From Candidatus Fermentithermobacillus carboniphilus (lineage in GTDB: Bacteria; Bacillota; Sulfobacillia; Fermentithermobacillales; Fermentithermobacillaceae), in contig CP062796.1 of the NCBI GenBank assembly GCA_018208355.1, positions 237,217 through 301,216 on the forward strand: a DNA stretch of 64,000 bases, read 5' to 3'. The notes beneath the pieces were generated by a model. It was not told the origin of the DNA. It ran no database searches and saw only the letters and a program-made list of their open reading frames with translations. Each line of letters starts with the position of its first letter. Within the stretch, counting starts at the first letter, position 1. A program made the translations under genes and the position numbers. Positions 57,971-64,000 of this stretch are shown here, piece by piece.

Positions 57971-58048
57971 TGGTGGGCGGTACAGGACTTGAACCTGTGA
58001 ACCTCTTGCATGTCAAGCAAGCGCTCTGACCAACTGAGCTAACCGCCC
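57971..58048 (-). tRNA. tRNA-Val(GAC)
   Basis: Cloverleaf, anticodon arm CTTGC-TTGACAT-GCAAG, CCA. Confidence 0.95.
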
Positions 58049-58057
58049 ACCCTATCT

Positions 58058-58131
58058 TGGAGGCGACACCCGGAATCGAACCGGGGATAAGGGTTTTGCA
58101 GACCCTCGCCTTACCGCTTGGCCATGTCGCC
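58058..58131 (-). tRNA. tRNA-Cys(GCA)
   Basis: Cloverleaf, loop CTGCAAA, CCA. Confidence 0.96.
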
Positions 58132-58148
58132 ATGCTTTCAGCTTAAAA

Positions 58149-58223
58149 TGGAGCGGAAGACGGGATTTGAACCCGCGACCCTCGCCTTGGCAAGGCGATG
58201 CTCTACCGCTGAGCCACTTCCGC
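58149..58223 (-). tRNA. tRNA-Gly(GCC)
   Basis: Cloverleaf, loop TTGCCAA, CCA. Confidence 0.96.
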
Positions 58224-58230
58224 TCGCTAA

Positions 58231-58306
<76 letters not shown>

Positions 58307-58333
58307 ATGAAACTTGACGCCAAATTTCCAAGA

Positions 58334-58411
58334 TGGCGGAGGCGACGGGATTCGAACCCGCGATCTCGTGCGTGACAGGCACGTATGTTAGACCAGCTAC
58401 ACCACGCCTCC
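58334..58411 (-). tRNA. tRNA-Asp(GTC)
   Basis: Cloverleaf, loop CTGTCAC, CCA. Confidence 0.96.
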
Positions 58412-58425
58412 GCACTTTATATGGA

Positions 58426-58500
58426 TGGTGGGCGAAACAGGGATTGAACCTGTGACCCCCTGCGTGTAAGGCAGGTGCTCTCCCGCTGAGCTATTCGCCC
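58426..58500 (-). tRNA. tRNA-Val(TAC)
   Basis: Cloverleaf, loop CTTACAC/TAC anticodon, CCA. Confidence 0.96.
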
Positions 58501-58537
58501 GACTACGCGCCACTCCTTTTGGCTGGCGTCGCTTCAT

Positions 58538-58566
58538 AGTATAACGAACCTGAAGACTTTCGTCAA
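58538..58566 (-). promoter_or_regulatory. sigmaA promoter of the tRNA operon
   Basis: TTGACG-N17-TATACT. Confidence 0.8.
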
Positions 58567-58732
58567 ACAGAATTCGCGAAAATCCCGCCCAAAACCAGCG
58601 TGTTTGCCATCTTCGCCGCGTCCTGCTCCCCAAGGCGCACACATCAGGGCTAATCTACATAATATTACAGCGAGAGAGATCGGCACAACTCCCACATTTA
58701 AGGAAAACCAGGCTCCCGTGAGGTGATCTGGC

Positions 58733-59170
58733 GTGCCTCCCTTAGGGAAAAGGCCTATGGCCAGGCAAAATCTGGCACGGTCCGTATCGCGCACCTTGCG
58801 GCCCTTACAGATCCGAGAGTGTCCCACAGGCATCTTCTGGACCGTCAGGCCAGGCGATACATTCTTCAGCATTGCCCAGGCAACCGGCACTACAATCGAA
58901 GCCATAGCTGCCCTCAACCCAGACCTTGATCCGAACCACCTGCAACCCGGAACCAACGTTTGCCTACCTGAAACGGCTGCACTGCCTCGCGGACCGGTAC
59001 CCCCCTGCAAGTCCGGGCTTTATTGGGTAGTTGCCCCGGGCGACACGCTTTACTCAATCGCCCGAGAATATGGCACAACCCTTGAAGACCTCATTGCTGT
59101 GAACCCGGGGATTGACCCTTTCAACCTCCAAATAGGCATGAGCATTTGTCTGCCGGAAAAAAGGCCATGA
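58733..59170 (+). CDS. Two-LysM-domain protein
   Basis: Two repeats of V.PGDT..SIA..GTT..L.A.NP..DP..LQ.G..CLP. Confidence 0.9.
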   Translation: MPPLGKRPMARQNLARSVSRTLRPLQIRECPTGIFWTVRPGDTFFSIAQATGTTIEAIAALNPDLDPNHLQPGTNVCLPETAALPRGPVPPCKSGLYWVVAPGDTLYSIAREYGTTLEDLIAVNPGIDPFNLQIGMSICLPEKRP

Positions 59171-59249
59171 CTCTTTGACCGCTCTGCAGGCGTCCTTGAC
59201 GGTCTGGGAAGGAGCAGCAGGAGCCTGGAGAGAATAAGGAGAAAGAACC

Positions 59250-60935
59250 GTGGTGCAGACAGACTTTTCAAACCGGCGGGTGTTATCCGTGAAAAGGTTC
59301 CGGAACTTGCGACAAGCAATCGCTTCGGTATCACGATTGTTCTGCGTAATCCTGGCGATCATATTTCTCATCACCATCTTTCCACCCGCAATTTTGTTCT
59401 CCCAGGGTGAAGATGCCAACCTGATAAAGCCCACAAACCTCGTGAGGTTAAACTTCGTAGGTGACATACTCCTGGCCAGCCGCGTAGGTGACCTCATCAG
59501 GGCCGAGGGCCCTCTCGCCCCGTGGAAGGGGGTACTGGATGTCCTCAGAGACGCCGACTTTACCATTGGAAACCTGGAGTGCGCGCTTGGAACAACCGGT
59601 ACTCCTGCTCCGGGTAAAGAATATACTTTCAGAGCCGCTCCCGAATCTCTCGCGGGCCTGAAAGAGGCCGGATTTGACCTTGTCTCCTTGGCAAACAACC
59701 ACACCCTGGATTACGGAGTCGAGTGCCTGTTGGAGACGGTGGAAAACGTCAAAAAGTACGGCATTATACCCGTTGGGGCCGGAAAAGACGAGGCCACGGC
59801 AAGGGCACCCGTGATCCTCGAGAAAAACGGGATAAAGATCGGCGTACTGGCGACAACCATGATCGTACCGACCCCCGAATGGGCAGCCAAAGGCGACCGG
59901 CCGGGGCTCGCCGTCGACTACAGTGGCTGGTTTACGAATATAGAGTCGCGCCTGAGAGAGCTATCTACCCAGGCTGATATTTCGGTCGTGCTCATTCACT
60001 GGGGTGAGGAACGAAAAACTACTCCTGAATCCTGGGTTTTAAAAATCGAATCTGCCCTTAGACGCGCCGGAGCAGATATCATAATCGGTACACATCCTCA
60101 CGTTTTGCGAGGCTTTCGGTATGACGGAAAGACTTTGACCGCTCACAGCCTCGGCAACTTCGTTTTTACAACACGACCGGAAATCCCCGCCTGTCAGATC
60201 GGTGCTATCCTCCAGGTCACTGTGTCCAGGGAAAAGGTGGAAAACGTCACTGTAATCCCCACCAAGATAGTCTGGGGAAGGACGGTTCTCATGGAGGGCC
60301 GCGAAAAGGACGAAATCCTGTCCACCCTCTCTTCCCTAACTCGCCCGTTCGGCGCAGACATAGATCCCGCGGGGAACGTTTATGAGATGCTTTTCGACGA
60401 TACGAAAGACCACTGGGCCAGGTTCTACATAGCCCGGCTGGCCAGGAAGGGTATGGTTCAGGGATATGGAGATGGGAAGTTTGGACCTGACCGTAGAGTC
60501 ACCCGAGCCGAGTTCGCCGCTATGTTAGCTCGCGCCCTCGCTCCGGAAGAAGAAATATCACGTTCAAAAGTGCCTGAAGGTTTTTCTCTCTGTCAAGAGA
60601 GCCATTGGGCCTACAAGTACCTATCCTACCTTGTCGCAATAGGAACGCTGCCCCGGGAGAATCCATCCTGGAATCCAGATGAACTATGTTCGCGTGAGGA
60701 AGCGTGCATTCTCATGTGGCGGGCGAAGAGATCTCCTGACCCTCCAGACAGCAGCAAAAAGCCTTTCTCCGACCTGGCGAACCTTGACGCTGAATCTCTC
60801 AATGCGGTCCTGTGGTGTGCTGATTCGGGACTCATTAACGGCTACGAAGACGGCACTTTCCGGCCATCAACGGGAATAACCAGGGCAGAAAGTGCAGCGG
60901 TGATTACTAGGTTTCTCGGGTTATCCGGATTCTAG
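59250..60935 (+). CDS. CapA/PgsA-family metallophosphoesterase with C-terminal SLH domains
   Basis: GD, NLE, LANNH, HWG, GTHPH, SLGNF; GYGDGKF..TRAE and GYEDGTF..TRAE. Confidence 0.9.
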   Translation: MVQTDFSNRRVLSVKRFRNLRQAIASVSRLFCVILAIIFLITIFPPAILFSQGEDANLIKPTNLVRLNFVGDILLASRVGDLIRAEGPLAPWKGVLDVLRDADFTIGNLECALGTTGTPAPGKEYTFRAAPESLAGLKEAGFDLVSLANNHTLDYGVECLLETVENVKKYGIIPVGAGKDEATARAPVILEKNGIKIGVLATTMIVPTPEWAAKGDRPGLAVDYSGWFTNIESRLRELSTQADISVVLIHWGEERKTTPESWVLKIESALRRAGADIIIGTHPHVLRGFRYDGKTLTAHSLGNFVFTTRPEIPACQIGAILQVTVSREKVENVTVIPTKIVWGRTVLMEGREKDEILSTLSSLTRPFGADIDPAGNVYEMLFDDTKDHWARFYIARLARKGMVQGYGDGKFGPDRRVTRAEFAAMLARALAPEEEISRSKVPEGFSLCQESHWAYKYLSYLVAIGTLPRENPSWNPDELCSREEACILMWRAKRSPDPPDSSKKPFSDLANLDAESLNAVLWCADSGLINGYEDGTFRPSTGITRAESAAVITRFLGLSGF

Positions 60936-60974
60936 CTTCCTAGCCCCGGGAATTCCCTCTCTTTCTAAGTTACT

Positions 60975-62024
60975 TCAGCTCTTCTCAGACCGGATTTTTC
61001 CTAAGGACCAGGAGATGGTCTCAAGAGCAACCACGCTGCCTCCGACGGCAAGAGTGACATAATAGGTGACGACTCTCCAGAGAAACACGAACACACCCAG
61101 CACCCTGGCCGGTAGGAGGCTAGAAAAGAACAGAGCCGAACCTGCCTCGGCACCTCCACTGGCACCCGGGGTCGGGACATATGCCATGACAAGGTAGACG
61201 GTCATGGTAACGGAGAAAACCTGGAGGTAAGGGAGGTCGCTCCCCAATCCCCTGAGAAGGAATACGGGGACCGATACCACCAGCAACCAGTAGGCGAGGC
61301 TCAAGACGGAGGCCAGGAAGGCGTATGCCCCTCTAGCTTTGACCCGCCTTACCCCATCGCGAAAATCTCTGGCACTGATACGGACCTTTTCCAGAACCTT
61401 ATCTACAGCAGTCTGTGGAATGAGCCGCCTGAATACCCTCTGTCTGCAGATGAACGTCGCCACGATCTCGGCGAATTCCGGCCAGATAGTAACCGTGACG
61501 AGCAGCCCAAGGAAGAAGAGATATACGATGACACCTACGGAGAGGGTCCGCCCGACCACGGGATTTAGCTGCCACTTAAGACCCGTGAGCAACATGAGTA
61601 CCGGAACAAATACCCACAGCAGTAGTCTAGACGTCGCGTGGAGGAAGGCGCTCAACGCTACCACTGCCGTGGATTCGCCTATGCTCAATCCTTCCCGATG
61701 CAAGTAATAGACTTTGAGAGGTTCTCCACCTGTGTCAAAAGGCGTAACCCCCGCCATAAACGACCCCATCACGGTTATCTTGAACGCGTCCCAGAAACGT
61801 ATTTTCCGCCCCATCGCAGACGCCAGGACCCGGAGGCGCCATGCGTCTACGAGCCAGCTGGCGACCACAAGCACCAGAGAAAGGGCTAATGTCCTGAAAC
61901 TGACCGCCAGCACATCCGCGAAAACATTCTCAGTCCTCGTATAATGAAAAACCAACAAGAGACAAGAACCGCTCAGGAGGAGAGACACAAGTGCTCCAAA
62001 AAGTATCTTCCGGAAGTTGTTCAC
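60975..62024 (-). CDS. Lysylphosphatidylglycerol synthase TM / UPF0104 flippase-like protein
   Basis: TPFDTGGEP, PTPGASGGAE, WRVVTYY. Confidence 0.88.
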   Translation of the reverse strand: MNNFRKILFGALVSLLLSGSCLLLVFHYTRTENVFADVLAVSFRTLALSLVLVVASWLVDAWRLRVLASAMGRKIRFWDAFKITVMGSFMAGVTPFDTGGEPLKVYYLHREGLSIGESTAVVALSAFLHATSRLLLWVFVPVLMLLTGLKWQLNPVVGRTLSVGVIVYLFFLGLLVTVTIWPEFAEIVATFICRQRVFRRLIPQTAVDKVLEKVRISARDFRDGVRRVKARGAYAFLASVLSLAYWLLVVSVPVFLLRGLGSDLPYLQVFSVTMTVYLVMAYVPTPGASGGAEAGSALFFSSLLPARVLGVFVFLWRVVTYYVTLAVGGSVVALETISWSLGKIRSEKS

Positions 62025-62221
62025 GATCTGTCACCGCCCGAGCCTAACACCGGTATCCACCTTCTCTGTCATTTTCTTACCCATCCTAATTCTAACATAC
62101 GAGAAAACCCCCTTCAGGTCTTATAACGGTCCTCGTCATGTCCCCGATCCGGAAAGCATAGATATAGACTGATTCTGGACGTCAAGACGTTTCGTAAAAC
62201 CGAAAAAGAGGGGGAAATTCC

Positions 62222-62599
62222 GTGGAGGAGATCCTGGCGCTACTCATGGAGCAGGAACTAAAAGCGATTGAACAATATAACGAGCTTCTGAAACGCTCTT
62301 CCGGAGCAACTGAGCGGGAGCTTATAGGCCGGATACTCGCACAAAAGAAGTTTGAGGTCGAGACCTTAAAGCTTCTACGGTCGGGAAAAGTACCCGACCG
62401 GTTCCTGGCTTTCGGACAGGTTACAGAGGACGAAGTTAACTTTAGAGATGCACCCAGTCCTTCCGGCGGAATCCTGGCTGTCCTCGGGCGAGGAACTCCG
62501 GTTATACTGACGGAAAAAAGAGGCAACTGGGTCGGAGTTCAGCTTTACGATGGAAAGACCGGGTGGATTTTCAGGGATTACGTGCGCGCGAATGAGTAA
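62222..62599 (+). CDS. SH3b-domain protein with a helical (ferritin-half-like) N-terminus
   Basis: VNFRDAPS..GNWV.V..GKTGWI..YV. Confidence 0.8.
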   Translation: MEEILALLMEQELKAIEQYNELLKRSSGATERELIGRILAQKKFEVETLKLLRSGKVPDRFLAFGQVTEDEVNFRDAPSPSGGILAVLGRGTPVILTEKRGNWVGVQLYDGKTGWIFRDYVRANE

Positions 62600-62735
62600 C
62601 GCAAAAGACGGCGTCCCGCTTGTTCCATCTACGGAGTGCTAAACTCCCAGGCTGTGTGGGTTCGCATCAGTGTCAACTCTCACCTCCTAAACATAACATG
62701 TTAACGGTGGCCAGCTTCTGCAGGAGGTGAAAGAC

Positions 62736-62822
62736 ATGGCGGGAACTACAGGCGCCACGGGCAACTGGATTCTTTGGTTCTTTATAATCATACTTCTTGT
62801 GATTCTCTTAGGGATGGTCTAA
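62736..62822 (+). CDS. 28-aa hydrophobic peptide (YjcZ-like sporulation family)
   Basis: AGGAGGTG RBS; MAGTTGATGNWILWFFIIILLVILLGMV. Confidence 0.7.
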   Translation: MAGTTGATGNWILWFFIIILLVILLGMV

Positions 62823-62911
62823 ACGCACACTACACATAAATGGAAGATCTGATGCCTGATAGAGGTGGTGGAACTCTCTATCAGGCCGAATTGTTATTGT
62901 TAGCCCCCAGA

Positions 62912-63700
62912 CTACAATCCTATGAACATCTGGGTAAACATCATCCCGTAGGGTCCGCCCTTGACAACACCTACGCCTATATGGGTGAAGGTTGGGTTGA
63001 GGATATTCCTCCTGTGCCCTTCGCTGGCCATCAGGGCTTCATGCGCCCTCTCCACTGTGGCCGCCCCCGCAAGATTCTCTCCGGCCGTATGATACTCGAT
63101 GCCAGCTTTCTTCATCATGTCGAAGGGAGAACCGTATGTGGGCGAATTATGGCCGAAATAGCCGTTGGCGATCATGTCCTGACTCTTCTTGCGGGCCAGT
63201 TCCACCAGCCGAAGGTCGACCGAAAGCGGCTTCAGCCCGGCCTTGACCCTCTCTTTGTTGACGAGTTCAATCATGAGTTTTTCTTCCGCAGTGAGGGCGA
63301 CATCACGTTCTGCGCCGGTTTGTGGACCATCTTTCTGGCCAGAGGGAGGCTGCGGGGAGGGCTGGGGTTCCGGTCTCGGCAGAGGTCCGGGTTCGGGGAC
63401 CGGACGAGGCGCTGGCGGCAGTAGAGGCCGAGAGGTCGTGCCGGACGAAGGTTCTACAGCCCCAGGGAAAGGACTCGGGATCCGCAGGATAAGATAGGGT
63501 ACGGTCCCATTGCCGAACGCGTCCCTTAAGATCAGGTCGAGCCCCGGACTACCAGGGGTCGCGAATACGAAGATTTTTTGACCCACCGGACCCGTTAGAA
63601 CGTATCTCTGGTAAGCGGAGGCCAGACTTTGTCCGGGGAAAAACATCCCAAGAGTCAAGGCCACTACCAGCGACACAATCAACTTTGTCTTATACCGCAT
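62912..63700 (-). CDS. Secreted CAP-domain protein (YkwD-like) with a Pro-rich linker
   Basis: VNKER, HNSPTYGSPFDM, GENLA, SEGHRRNIL. Confidence 0.92.
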   Translation of the reverse strand: MRYKTKLIVSLVVALTLGMFFPGQSLASAYQRYVLTGPVGQKIFVFATPGSPGLDLILRDAFGNGTVPYLILRIPSPFPGAVEPSSGTTSRPLLPPAPRPVPEPGPLPRPEPQPSPQPPSGQKDGPQTGAERDVALTAEEKLMIELVNKERVKAGLKPLSVDLRLVELARKKSQDMIANGYFGHNSPTYGSPFDMMKKAGIEYHTAGENLAGAATVERAHEALMASEGHRRNILNPTFTHIGVGVVKGGPYGMMFTQMFIGL

Positions 63701-64000
63701 ATAACTCCTCCTTTCACGTTGTGCTACTTCACCCATGTGTACCCACATGATACAGCAGCGATCCAGAGTTGCAAAATCCATCTAGCAGCGGAGATACTTA
63801 GATAGAGGTAGGTTGCCGGTATCACTCTCGGCGGGAGCACATCTCCTGCAGGTTAGTGCGGCGGTGGAATGATTTGTAAGGTGGATCGCGAAAAACAGGT
63901 GGAGGCCGGGTCTCGATGAGACTATCGCACCGGCCTCCTGCTCACTAGTTACCCGCGAGGCATGCAGTCATGTTTTACGAACTGCGCGAAAATCCATCCT

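Overview
Chromosomal window from a moderately GC-rich, probably anaerobic, spore-forming Bacillota (T-box, c-di-AMP riboswitch, SLH/LysM/CAP/YjcZ-like genes; taxonomy is inference). Most genes are on the minus strand. In order: a pantothenate cluster (brnQ-like, yhdT, panF, M20 amidohydrolase, panB); a serine hydrolase; a c-di-AMP (ydaO)-riboswitch-led peptide ABC operon whose binding protein is circularly permuted; lspA-rluA-pyrE; hisC; an arsenic/redox block (ArsR, ArsP-like permease, thioredoxin-like protein, ferredoxin, Acr3; PadR with a split permease; PilZ); argGH; a decaying ~5 kb island bracketed by a duplicated yifB(comM)-tail/yraN segment and carrying GGDEF-PilZ-GT2 remnants, an IS256 remnant and an orphan secreted/membrane gene pair; T-box trpS; MarR with a heterodimeric ABC exporter; a ~6 kb ICE-like remnant beside a six-tRNA operon; and an envelope/sporulation cluster. 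Best leads: the permuted binding protein, the comM/yraN-flanked island built from paralogues of the neighbouring PadR-permease-PilZ block, the M20 enzyme inside the pan operon, and the structured leaders and domain fusion in the ICE remnant. No CRISPR array or reverse transcriptase was seen. All family assignments are from motifs read by eye; no searches were run.
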